Of a stretch of DNA of 64,000 nt, positions 1-8,672 are shown piece by piece. The notes beneath the pieces are model-generated. The model was not told the origin of the DNA and did not search any database. It was given only the letters and a program-made list of their open reading frames with translations. The stretch comes from Chitinophagaceae bacterium. GTDB taxonomy: Bacteria; Bacteroidota; Bacteroidia; Chitinophagales; Chitinophagaceae. The position numbers and the translations under genes were made by a program. The stretch spans positions 627 through 64,626 of the forward strand of contig CANGIY010000019.1 in assembly GCA_947454235.1 (NCBI GenBank). Reading direction: 5' to 3'. Numbering within the stretch: position 1 is the stretch's first letter; every line of letters starts with the position of its first letter.

Positions 1-113
1 AGTCCACCATCACCAGTATTTGCTGCAACTCCATTGCCGCAAAAAGTTGAGATTGTTTGACCCAACGAAGACTCTTGAATCCCGATCAAGATTATTAAAA
101 GTAAAACTCTCAT
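1..113 (-). CDS. NHL-repeat-like secreted protein, N-terminal 37 codons only (gene runs off the window start)
   Basis: ATG on the minus strand at 113-111. Translation is MRVLLLIILIGIQESSLGQTISTFCGNGVAANTGDGG, a signal-like N-terminus followed by the GNG..GDGG opening typical of NHL beta-propeller blades. The ORF is open-ended, so it is absent from the ORF track. Confidence 0.4.
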   Translation of the reverse strand, partial: MRVLLLIILIGIQESSLGQTISTFCGNGVAANTGDGG

Positions 114-115
114 TT

Positions 116-463
116 TTACTGAATTACGAGTACTTTATCACCTGCTAGTAAAGTTCCAAATGTTTTATACATTACTGTTCCAAATGGGAACCCTCCGCCA
201 GCTAAAGGTATACCATTAGCCCAAAGCCCATTGATGTGTAATGCATTAGGTCTGACAGCTGCAATGCCGTTACCCGCAATCATAACAGACGACAATCCAG
301 CATCGTTATTAAAGGAGCCTCCCAAAATGGCGTTATCACCTGTACCTGGGTTAATCACGTTGTTGGTACCACCACCAATGGTGGCAATTTTGAACAATGC
401 GAAAACAATTGAATATAGTATGACGCGCCTCATAGAGATATTTACCAGAACAAATATACTCAT
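116..463 (-). CDS. small secreted Gly/Asn-rich protein, function unknown
   Basis: 115-aa ORF. The likely true start is MRRVILYSIVFALF at 433, which gives a hydrophobic signal-like N-terminus. The body is rich in G/N repeats (GGGTNNVINPGTGDNAILGGSFNNDAG). Its stop lies 2 nt before the ATG of the next minus-strand gene at 113. Confidence 0.45.
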   Translation of the reverse strand: MSIFVLVNISMRRVILYSIVFALFKIATIGGGTNNVINPGTGDNAILGGSFNNDAGLSSVMIAGNGIAAVRPNALHINGLWANGIPLAGGGFPFGTVMYKTFGTLLAGDKVLVIQ

Positions 464-518
464 TTTTTAGTAGATATAAGGTGTGTAAAGAGTACTCACA
501 AAAATTAAATCAGTCCAC

Positions 519-563
519 TTGCGCAAATTTGGCGCAGGAGTTTGCGCGCAAGCCAAATTGTGC
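519..563. promoter_or_regulatory. imperfect dyad/hairpin element in a divergent promoter region
   Basis: AATTTGGC (526-533) is the exact reverse complement of GCCAAATT (552-559). The stem extends with one bulged A to GCGC/GTGC. The 18-nt loop contains the palindrome TTGCGCGCAA, and a second palindrome TTGCGCAA sits at 519-526. Confidence 0.3.
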
Positions 564-748
564 CTACTCATGCTGCGTTCAATGTCAACATGGTACAGCT
601 GTGCCTTGGGTAAATTTAATTAAAGTTAATAGCTATGTGCAATTGACCGAGCAATGGATACACAAAATTCATTTTTGAGAAGTGGTTTAACTCATTGTAA
701 ATAATGTTGAAAAAGCATTACTTTGCGGTAATAAAACACGCTCCGACT

Positions 749-1492
749 ATGTCTGTTAATCTTTGCATCGATTGCGGTAATACCAATATCAAAGCCGCTA
801 TTTTCGTTGACAATTCATTGAAAAAATCCATGATTATTCCCGACGAAATTTTTGTGAAGGAAATCAATGGGTTAATAGACCAATTCAAGCCTCAAAAAGC
901 GATTCTTTCAAGTGTTACGGGAGAAAATGATGCAATGATTAAGTTTTTGAAAGAAAAATTCAAAGACCTGGTGGTTTTGGAAGGAAATACGAATGTGCCT
1001 ATCAACAATGCCTACAGTTCGCCTGAAACATTAGGTCCTGACAGGTTAGCATTAATTACTGCAGCATATATTCTTAACCCCGATAAAAATAATCTGGTTA
1101 TCAGCATCGGTAGTTGCATCACATACAATTTTATCCAAAAGACTAAGACTTTCAGGGGAGGTGCCATCTCTCCGGGGCTGTATATTCGTTTGCGTTCATT
1201 GCACGAGTTTACAGGTATGTTGCCAATGGTTGACATTGATGGCGATGCGCAACTGGTTGGTTACGATACTGAAACATGTATCAGAAGTGGTGTTGTTTTT
1301 GGTATGGCTGCTGAGATTGATGGCATTATCGCACAGTACGAAGAGAAGTACCCTGACTTTAACGCCATATTAACGGGGGGTGATGCCCCTTACTTTGCTG
1401 ATAAGTTAAAAAGTAAGATATTTGCAGACCCTGATTTGTTGTATAAGGGGCTAAATATAATTTTAAATCATAATGTTCCATTCCCGCTATAA
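749..1492 (+). CDS. coaX: type III pantothenate kinase
   Basis: The ATG at 749 gives MSVNLCIDCGNTNIKAAIF, the DxGNTxxK phosphate-binding motif of CoaX. The ~247-aa length fits the family. The track ORF begins earlier, at 704. Confidence 0.85.
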   Translation: MSVNLCIDCGNTNIKAAIFVDNSLKKSMIIPDEIFVKEINGLIDQFKPQKAILSSVTGENDAMIKFLKEKFKDLVVLEGNTNVPINNAYSSPETLGPDRLALITAAYILNPDKNNLVISIGSCITYNFIQKTKTFRGGAISPGLYIRLRSLHEFTGMLPMVDIDGDAQLVGYDTETCIRSGVVFGMAAEIDGIIAQYEEKYPDFNAILTGGDAPYFADKLKSKIFADPDLLYKGLNIILNHNVPFPL

Positions 1493-2807
1493 GGTTATAC
1501 TCGCCGCTGTTTATTTAGTTTCTTGTTTCACGGCGATTGGTCAAACCAGTAGCATCAGCAACCCCAATTCTCAAAGGGAAAATAACCCTTATTCCAGGTT
1601 CGGCATTGGCGAATCATGGGATGGTTCGGGTATTAGCATGAAAGGAATGGCGAATGCAAGTTCAGCATTTGCCGACCCTTATACCATAAATACTGACAAT
1701 CCTGCATCGTACTCATTCCTAAAGTTAACAACGTTTGAAGGTGGTTTGTTTGGAAGCACTCGTAACATAAGCGATGCAGATGGTCGTGCTTACAGTACAG
1801 GAACAGCTACCCTCAATAACATCTCGATAGGTATTCCTATTGCGAAAAATGCTGGTATTTCATTTGGTTTAAAACCATTTACTAAATCTTACTATGCACT
1901 CGTTGATACGATCGGTTATCCTACTTCGCCAATTGGCAATGTAGTTCGCTATTACAATGGGTCAGGTTCGTTGAATATGCCGTATATCGGTGCAGGCTAC
2001 AAATACAAATCACTCAGCGTTGGTTTTAATTTAGGTTATTTGTTTGGTAGTTCTAGTCAAACAGTATCAGCTTATCCTATTGATACTGCAATTTTAAATA
2101 AAGCCTACAGTTCAAACTTTGTAAAAGTCAACGAAATAGGTGGGCTATACTGGAAAGCCGGTGCATTGTTCTCACATCATATCATTGACACAAGTTATAC
2201 TTTGAATATTGGTGCAACTTTAACGCTCGACCAAAAGTTGAAGCAGCAAATGAACTACTACCAAATTTCAAGGTTCTCGTTTGGCGATACAACTGCAAAT
2301 GATTCTTCGTACAGGTCAGGTGATAAAAATGGATCACTTCAAATGCCTATGTCATATTCGATAGGTGCGTCACTTAATAAGGGCGAGAACTGGACGGTGG
2401 GTGTTGACTACTCTGCAACAAACTGGACGAAGTTCAAAAGTGATGTTGATTCATTGATGAATTCTAACATTGGAACGGGTAGCTATAAGTTGAGTTTGGG
2501 CGGTGCTTACACACCTAATCCTAACGATATCAAAAATTATTTCTCAAGGGTTACATTTAGGCTCGGGTTTTATTTAGGTCAGGACTATTTATTGATCAAT
2601 AACAATACCATAAAAAGTATGGGATTCACGTTTGGTGGTAGCTTCCCATATAAAAAGAGTTTGCGTTCTCACTCACGTATCAATGCATCATTCGATATTG
2701 GCAAAATGGGAACAACAGCTAACGGTTTGTTGCAACAAACCTATGTGCGTTTCGGCTTTGGTATGACCTTCAATGAAAAGTGGTTTATTCAAAGAAAGTA
2801 TGATTAA
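1473..2807 (+). CDS. outer-membrane beta-barrel protein, function unknown
   Basis: Signal peptide (ILAAVYLVSCFTAIGQ), an NPYSRFGIGE motif near the N-terminus, and an alternating beta-strand pattern rich in G/Y/S/F. The start overlaps the coaX stop by 20 nt. Confidence 0.6.
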   Translation: MFHSRYKVILAAVYLVSCFTAIGQTSSISNPNSQRENNPYSRFGIGESWDGSGISMKGMANASSAFADPYTINTDNPASYSFLKLTTFEGGLFGSTRNISDADGRAYSTGTATLNNISIGIPIAKNAGISFGLKPFTKSYYALVDTIGYPTSPIGNVVRYYNGSGSLNMPYIGAGYKYKSLSVGFNLGYLFGSSSQTVSAYPIDTAILNKAYSSNFVKVNEIGGLYWKAGALFSHHIIDTSYTLNIGATLTLDQKLKQQMNYYQISRFSFGDTTANDSSYRSGDKNGSLQMPMSYSIGASLNKGENWTVGVDYSATNWTKFKSDVDSLMNSNIGTGSYKLSLGGAYTPNPNDIKNYFSRVTFRLGFYLGQDYLLINNNTIKSMGFTFGGSFPYKKSLRSHSRINASFDIGKMGTTANGLLQQTYVRFGFGMTFNEKWFIQRKYD

Positions 2808-3390
2808 GCACTTTTCGGGTGTTTTTTCCCGTTCTTTTTATTCGTCAGTACTCTTTTTTACACTCCTCATTACTCTAGGTGCGTGCCGCAACGACCCTGC
2901 TGAAATTAAAATGCTCACCGAGCCCGGTAGTTTCAGCGTTGACAAAGCATTTGGCATTACCGGTATTTACAGCAAAAATGGTGTTGTTAAAACCCGCCTT
3001 TATGCTAAAGAGTACATTAAAGATGCGAGTGCGCTGAATCCCTATACAGATTTAAATAAAAACATCAAGGTTGAGTTTTATTCTGATAGCGGCTTATTGC
3101 AAAGCACGCTCACTGCCGATTCTTTAAGGTACTATGAAGGGCAGGGTAATGCCATCGTTTGGGGCAACGTGAAAATCGTAACGACAAAGGGGGAGGAACT
3201 GCGCACTGATGAATTAATTTGGAGTAGAAACAACCAAAAGATTTTTACTGAAAAGCAGGTGAAAATAACTACAGGTACTGAAGTATTGATGGGTAACGGC
3301 ATGGAGGCCAACCAGGATTTTACCTGGTACCAGATTTTGAATACCAAGGGCTCTGTAGCTGTAAATAAGGGCGAAGTGCCGAAAGATTAG
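2800..3390 (+). CDS. lptC: LptC-like LPS export periplasmic protein
   Basis: The ATG at 2800 overlaps the upstream stop (ATGATTAA). There is an N-terminal hydrophobic anchor with LGAC. The ~190-aa body has an LptC/OstA-like pattern (LRTDELIWSRNNQKIFTEKQVKITT...GNGMEANQDF). The call rests on resemblance only. Confidence 0.6.
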   Translation: MIKHFSGVFSRSFYSSVLFFTLLITLGACRNDPAEIKMLTEPGSFSVDKAFGITGIYSKNGVVKTRLYAKEYIKDASALNPYTDLNKNIKVEFYSDSGLLQSTLTADSLRYYEGQGNAIVWGNVKIVTTKGEELRTDELIWSRNNQKIFTEKQVKITTGTEVLMGNGMEANQDFTWYQILNTKGSVAVNKGEVPKD

Positions 3391-4661
3391 TTTGATTGTT
3401 CCCTTATCAGGCTCGCTCCCAACGCGCATTGCGTGCAGTTTTTCTTCGTACAATAATTGTTATACAATTGAATCAATGACTGGCTTCTGCCGGCGTTATT
3501 GGCATGGATATTCTCAGCCGCCCATAGTTCCAGGATTGAGTTTTTTTCACCGGGTATTTGTTCCATAATACTAATTGCTTTTTCCCGCATTGCATCATTG
3601 CCGGTTTTCAATCCGAACAGAAAAGTGATTGGAGCAACTGTATTGATGATAATATTATGAATGGAATCTTTCCCAAGTGTCTTAGGATATGGTTTTTCAT
3701 GTATTTCTCCTAGCCTATAGTGTGTATTCCAATAAACACTTGCTGTAACATCGAGCAGAGGTGTCATTTCATGAATACCGTTAGCTTCTGTTAAAGTCGA
3801 AAACAGATGTTCAGATTGGTGAATCAACTTTGCAAATTGTGCGATGCGCACGGTAGGGAAGTTGGCGGGTCTCATTCTAAGGAATTTCCAAAGGTGCCTG
3901 TCGATGGGTGTTAATTTGAATTTGCTGCGTAAATAGTCGTATTCCCTTCTTAATTCAAGTGAATATTCATCGTGAACATTTGTTGCCAGAAACCCGGCTT
4001 GTCCAAATAAAAGTGCTTCAACTTGCTGAAGATTCGTACGACACTTACCTAATACTGTGAGCGGTATAGACTTTGCAAGTTCTAGAAACGGAGCAGAGTT
4101 TGTTTTAAAGCCAAAATTGTATGCCAAACGGTAGTAAAGCAAATTGCGCCAATCTTCTGCATTTTGGTCAAGTTGTACATTCCATTCTCTCAATTTTTCT
4201 TCCCATCGTTCTGCCAGAAGACGCTCAAACCAGCTTTCCATTTTTATTTCCGGAACGCGATGCAACATTCCGGAACAAGGTATTTTGTTGGGAGCGTGCA
4301 TCAATTGCTCGTAACGATGTAAGAGCGCATTGGAAATGTGAGGCTTTAGCTCCATAACTGGTATGTGCTTGAGCGGAAGTTCCACATCGTTTTCATAAAC
4401 AACATGCAGAATGAGGTTTTTGAAAGCAGGGTCGCTATCGTGCCCATGCTTTATCCAATCGCTCGACTTAATGTGCAGTTCAATATTCCCAACCAGTATG
4501 GTATCGCCAATTTTAATCTTCCCTTCGCTAAAGTCGGGTCCTGCATTTCGGTTCAACCTACCTGGGCTAATAATTGATATTGATTCCCCTGCCATAGTGC
4601 GGAGATTGCCGGATACTGCGAGGCTATGTTGCCAAATAAACTGAAATAAGGCTTCAGTCAT
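3387..4661 (-). CDS. DUF2851 family protein
   Basis: MTEALFQFIWQH..., GPDF, ELHIKSSDWIKHGH and ILHVVYEND match the remembered DUF2851 N-terminal pattern. Confidence 0.7.
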   Translation of the reverse strand: MTEALFQFIWQHSLAVSGNLRTMAGESISIISPGRLNRNAGPDFSEGKIKIGDTILVGNIELHIKSSDWIKHGHDSDPAFKNLILHVVYENDVELPLKHIPVMELKPHISNALLHRYEQLMHAPNKIPCSGMLHRVPEIKMESWFERLLAERWEEKLREWNVQLDQNAEDWRNLLYYRLAYNFGFKTNSAPFLELAKSIPLTVLGKCRTNLQQVEALLFGQAGFLATNVHDEYSLELRREYDYLRSKFKLTPIDRHLWKFLRMRPANFPTVRIAQFAKLIHQSEHLFSTLTEANGIHEMTPLLDVTASVYWNTHYRLGEIHEKPYPKTLGKDSIHNIIINTVAPITFLFGLKTGNDAMREKAISIMEQIPGEKNSILELWAAENIHANNAGRSQSLIQLYNNYCTKKNCTQCALGASLIREQSN

Positions 4662-4677
4662 GGGAGTGGGGTGTTGA

Positions 4678-5916
4678 TTATTCTTCTATAAAGTTAAGGT
4701 CTTTTCCGAAAGTTTCTTCAGTAAATATTACCGCCGTACAAGCAATAATCATTACAACAATTCCGGTATATGCACCTGCGCTCACGTAGCCATAACTTTT
4801 ATTGAGCGTTTGAAATAACCCGATAATCAAAGGTACTGATCCACGCACCATATTGGGCACTGTAGTGGCCGCTGTAGCGCGCAAGTTGGTGCCGAAATGC
4901 TCGGCTGCCATTGTTACAAACAACGCCCAGAAGCCGGTGCCAAAGCCCATTATCATACAAATTGCGTACATGTTGGCAGCAGTACCATTGGTCTGTTGGA
5001 AATACAAAACAATGCCTGTTATAGTAATTGCATAAAATATATACAACGCCTTTTTTCTACTTTTTAGGTAGTTACTTATAAAACCAATGAGTAAGTCACC
5101 TACAGAAATGGCAACATACGCCATCATTACAGCATACGAAGGATCTATTTTTTCTTTAATGCCAAAATGTTCGCCAAATTCTTTTGAGAAAGTGATAAGA
5201 ACTCCAATCACATACCAGGTAGGCAACCCGATAAGAATAGCCAATAGGTATTTTTTCAGTCTTTTACCATTGGTGAAAAACATGAAGAAATTGCCTTTTG
5301 ATACTTTTTTCTCAGAGAGATTTTGGTAAATACCCGATTCGAAAACACTTACACGCAACAGCAACAAGCAAAGTCCTAGTCCACCACCAATGTAATAGCA
5401 TACGCGCCAATCGAAACTTTTTGAAATGAAATAAGCAGCGACTGCACCTGAAAGCCCTACGCCAGCAACAATTGAAGTGGCTTTACCCCTCATCTCTTTG
5501 GAGATAAGTTCGCTCACTAATGTGATACCGGCACCCAATTCTCCTGCCAAGCCAATACCCGCAACAAAACGTGCCATTTGATACTGGAATACATTTTGTA
5601 CAAATCCGTTGGCAATATTGGCCATTGAATAGAGTACAATTGAGCCAAACAAAACGCTCAACCTACCTTTTTTATCACCCATCACGCCCCAGATAATACC
5701 GCCCAATAACAGGCCATACATTTGGATACTGATAATGGCTTTACCTTCTGTATCACAAAGGGCTTCGGTAAGCCCAAGCCCTTTCAGGCTTTTGATGCGG
5801 ATTATACTAAAAAGCAGGAGGTCGTAAATATCAACGAAATAGCCCAATGCAGCTACGATAACCGGCAGGCTAAGAAGTCCTATTGTTTTTTGTTGCTGAC
5901 TGGCTGAGGTGGTCAT
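4678..5916 (-). CDS. MFS transporter
   Basis: About 12 hydrophobic segments and an MGDKKGR-type loop between TM2 and TM3. The start is placed at ATG 5916 (MTTSASQQQK), 1 nt after the upstream DedA stop. The longer ORF to 5946 would overlap DedA. Confidence 0.75.
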   Translation of the reverse strand: MTTSASQQQKTIGLLSLPVIVAALGYFVDIYDLLLFSIIRIKSLKGLGLTEALCDTEGKAIISIQMYGLLLGGIIWGVMGDKKGRLSVLFGSIVLYSMANIANGFVQNVFQYQMARFVAGIGLAGELGAGITLVSELISKEMRGKATSIVAGVGLSGAVAAYFISKSFDWRVCYYIGGGLGLCLLLLRVSVFESGIYQNLSEKKVSKGNFFMFFTNGKRLKKYLLAILIGLPTWYVIGVLITFSKEFGEHFGIKEKIDPSYAVMMAYVAISVGDLLIGFISNYLKSRKKALYIFYAITITGIVLYFQQTNGTAANMYAICMIMGFGTGFWALFVTMAAEHFGTNLRATAATTVPNMVRGSVPLIIGLFQTLNKSYGYVSAGAYTGIVVMIIACTAVIFTEETFGKDLNFIEE

Positions 5917-5917
5917 T

Positions 5918-6568
5918 TTAGGATTGAGCTTCTTTCTTTTTGCCAAAAATCATTTTGATGAGTACTGGACCTGTAGTAACGAGGATAATGCCAATCGTAA
6001 TTTTGTCAATGTTTTTCTTGACGATTTCATAAGATCCGAGAAAGTAACCGGCAAGAATCATAGAAACAACCCAAGCAAGTGCACCAATTATTGAATACGA
6101 AAGAAATTTTTTTCTGTCCATTTTAACGATGCCTGCAACCAAAGGGGCAAATGTGCGGACAATAGGTAAGAATCGACCCATTATAATGGCTAAACCTCCT
6201 TTTTCTTCGTAAAAGTCATGTGCTTGTTTCAAGTGTTTTTGTTTGAAGAAAAAAGTTTCCTTTTTTTCAAACCACAAGTGCCCGGATTTTCTGCCGAACC
6301 AGTAGCCTACAAAGTTGCCGAAAATTGCAGCCAATGAAATCATCCCAAATGCATAAATCAATTCAAAAAAAGACCCTCCAGTACTTGAAATCATAATACC
6401 GGTAATAAACAGCAATGAGTCGCCCGGCAGAAAAAAGCCTGCGAATAAACCTGTTTCAGCAAATACAATAAACATTACCACGTAAATGCCACCATGGTCT
6501 TTAATGAACTGCATCAGTTCATCGGGTTTAGCGAGCATGGTTTTCAAGAAATCTATAATTCCACTCAT
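5918..6568 (-). CDS. DedA/SNARE-associated family membrane protein
   Basis: FFLPGDSLLF and GRFLPIVRTFAPLVAG motifs, plus multiple TM helices. Confidence 0.8.
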   Translation of the reverse strand: MSGIIDFLKTMLAKPDELMQFIKDHGGIYVVMFIVFAETGLFAGFFLPGDSLLFITGIMISSTGGSFFELIYAFGMISLAAIFGNFVGYWFGRKSGHLWFEKKETFFFKQKHLKQAHDFYEEKGGLAIIMGRFLPIVRTFAPLVAGIVKMDRKKFLSYSIIGALAWVVSMILAGYFLGSYEIVKKNIDKITIGIILVTTGPVLIKMIFGKKKEAQS

Positions 6569-6595
6569 AATTTTTAGGTTGGTTGAGATGATGGG

Positions 6596-7048
6596 TTATC
6601 CTTTTTTTCTTTTCTTCATTAAGTATTGAATCTCAGTTATACAAACTACGAAATACCAAATTGCAACAACAAGTGATGCTATCGAGATTAGAGTTTCCCA
6701 AACTGGTATTTTTTGAATTCCGAGTCCAACAAAAACATCAAATTTTATTTCGTTAATTTTTCCGGTGTTAATTGCTGTGCCATAATAGTTACCTACCTGA
6801 TGCAAAATAATTGTCAATACTAATACTGAATAGCGCTGCCAGTTTTTCTTTTTTGAGAACTTCAAAAAAGTGTTGGTGATAATACTTATCAGCTGCCAGT
6901 AATATATAAGCTTTAAGCTCGCATGTTCTTTATGTCCTTTATAATCAAAAAAAATAAAAAAAGAAACAATGAACAGCGTTTGTAAAAGTGGGTCTACAAT
7001 CTTAAAAGCGCGAACGAAGTCGAAATCAATTTTGCTTTTTTTCGCCAT
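6596..7048 (-). CDS. small integral membrane protein, function unknown
   Basis: 150-aa ORF with about 4 hydrophobic helices. No motif recognised. Confidence 0.45.
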   Translation of the reverse strand: MAKKSKIDFDFVRAFKIVDPLLQTLFIVSFFIFFDYKGHKEHASLKLIYYWQLISIITNTFLKFSKKKNWQRYSVLVLTIILHQVGNYYGTAINTGKINEIKFDVFVGLGIQKIPVWETLISIASLVVAIWYFVVCITEIQYLMKKRKKG

Positions 7049-7130
7049 TTTTTATTAAAAATATGCGCTAAAATATCATTTTTTTTAGAACAAGCTTCTA
7101 AACAGTCTCCGATAACATTAAATTTACCTC

Positions 7131-7847
7131 ATGAAGGCCATGTTATTTGCTGCCGGGTTGGGCACAAGATTGAAACCCTTTACTGAAAACGCACCCAAAG
7201 CACTAGCTGTTGTGAATGGTAAAACACTTCTTGAACGAAACATAATTTACCTTAGAGATGCTGGTGTCGAAGATGTAGTAATTAACGTCCACCACTATCC
7301 TGAAATGATCAGGGAATGCCTGACTCAGCACAATAATTTTGATTGTAATATTCTTATTTCTGACGAAACAGACCACTTGCTTGAAACAGGGGGGGGGCTT
7401 AAAAAAGCATGGCCGTTGCTTGATGGGGCAGAAAGTGTTTTGGTGATGAATGTAGATATTCTCACCGATTTAGATTTAAAAGCACTAATAGAATATCATA
7501 AACGTTCTGCTCGATTGGCAACGCTAGCGGTAATGGACAGAGACAGTACCAGGAAGCTTGCTTTAGACTTTAATGAATTACTTAGGGGCTGGAAAAATTT
7601 TGATACGAACGCAACCAGAGGCGTTATTGAAGGAAATGGTTTCCATTTCAGGGCCTTTTCAGGTATTCAAATCATCAACAAACAAATATGGGAAGGGTCA
7701 GAACTAGATGGAAAGTTTTCCTTGATAGATTTGTATTTGGAACAATGTAACAAAGGGTCAATTGTGGGTTTCGATCACACTGGTGGCACGTTGATAGATG
7801 TGGGTAAGCCTGCATCGCTTGAAAAAGCCGGGTTACTTTTTAGTTAA
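7131..7847 (+). CDS. murU: sugar-phosphate nucleotidyltransferase, MurU-like (N-acetylmuramate-1-phosphate uridylyltransferase family)
   Basis: The N-terminal MKAMLFAAGLGTRLKPFT carries the GxGTRxxP loop. LETGGGLKKAWPLL and VMNVDILTDLD resemble MurU-type enzymes. The gene contains a G9 run at 7389-7397. Confidence 0.6.
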   Translation: MKAMLFAAGLGTRLKPFTENAPKALAVVNGKTLLERNIIYLRDAGVEDVVINVHHYPEMIRECLTQHNNFDCNILISDETDHLLETGGGLKKAWPLLDGAESVLVMNVDILTDLDLKALIEYHKRSARLATLAVMDRDSTRKLALDFNELLRGWKNFDTNATRGVIEGNGFHFRAFSGIQIINKQIWEGSELDGKFSLIDLYLEQCNKGSIVGFDHTGGTLIDVGKPASLEKAGLLFS

Positions 7848-8490
7848 TTATCACTTTAGGGTCAGTTGCTTTTACTTCCAGTCCGGTATATAAATCCAAC
7901 ATCATTTTCACTCGGGCAAGCTTCTCGCGTATATAAAGTTCAAATACTTTATCGCCGTCGTCGGCAACAACGGCAACACAGTGTAAATTTTTGTGGTTAG
8001 CTAAATATAGAGCTCTTTCGTCATGGAATTTTTGGGAAATAATGGTAAAATCGGTTTGACCATAAATGTCGTGGCAACGCATAATGCTGCTCAGTGTTCT
8101 GAAACCGCCATTGTCAGAAATTATTCTTGAATTAGGCACACCTTTCGAAACAAGGTCTCCACGCATCAGTTTAGGCTCATTATAATAGGTAGAACTACTA
8201 TCGCCGCTTACTATTACGTAATCAACTTTGCCTGCCATGTACAATTCTGCTGCAACATCAATTCTGTTCTGGTAGTAAGGGTTTGTGATTTGGCGCGCTT
8301 TATCCATGTATTTTGCTGTGCCCAGCAATAAACCCACTTTGTTTTTCGGGATTTTTGAGATATCGGTAAAAAGTTGAAGGTGGGTTGTTTTTTTGATGTG
8401 GCGGTCGATAACAACAATGGCAGTTATGGTCAATATCAAACTGATAACGACTACAATTAAGAGCAGTTTCTTAAATTTATGCCAATTCAA
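7840..8490 (-). CDS. sanA: SanA/YdcF (DUF218) family envelope protein
   Basis: N-terminal TM anchor. LLLGTAKY, NPYYQNRIDVAAELYMAGKVDYVIVSGD, YNEP, GFRTLSS and ISQKFHDERALYLA are collinear with E. coli SanA as remembered. The stop converges on and overlaps the murU-like stop by 8 nt. Confidence 0.8.
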   Translation of the reverse strand: MNWHKFKKLLLIVVVISLILTITAIVVIDRHIKKTTHLQLFTDISKIPKNKVGLLLGTAKYMDKARQITNPYYQNRIDVAAELYMAGKVDYVIVSGDSSSTYYNEPKLMRGDLVSKGVPNSRIISDNGGFRTLSSIMRCHDIYGQTDFTIISQKFHDERALYLANHKNLHCVAVVADDGDKVFELYIREKLARVKMMLDLYTGLEVKATDPKVIIN

Positions 8491-8632
8491 ACCCGTCGTT
8501 TTTAAGGGAATTTCTTAAAAAATTGTAACAAATATACCCCAATACCGCAATTTTAAACGCTTACTTGCTTAATTAAATTGTGTAAAGTCGTGTTCTCCTA
8601 TACACCTATTGCAATTTTATGGTTCAAAACGT

Positions 8633-8640
8633 TATCTTTG
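8633..8640 (+). promoter_or_regulatory. candidate Bacteroidota -7 promoter box (TATCTTTG)
   Basis: Matches TAnnTTTG 32 nt upstream of the hppA ATG at 8673, with ATTG 21 nt upstream of the box. The motif alone is expected about 16 times per strand by chance in 64 kb, so position is the only support. Confidence 0.4.
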
Positions 8641-8672
8641 CCCACCAATTTTCAAACTATATAATTCATAAC

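Noticed and set aside
529-541. 13-mer TGGCGCAGGAGTT shared with 63348-63360, considered as a dispersed repeat or regulatory motif
   Set aside because: Roughly 30 or more exact 13-mer coincidences are expected by chance within 64 kb, and the flanks do not align convincingly.
481-678. Cys-rich 65-aa ORF (GTG start) in the coaX upstream spacer
   Set aside because: It covers the palindromic element and promoter region, has no plausible start context or motif, and is most likely non-coding.
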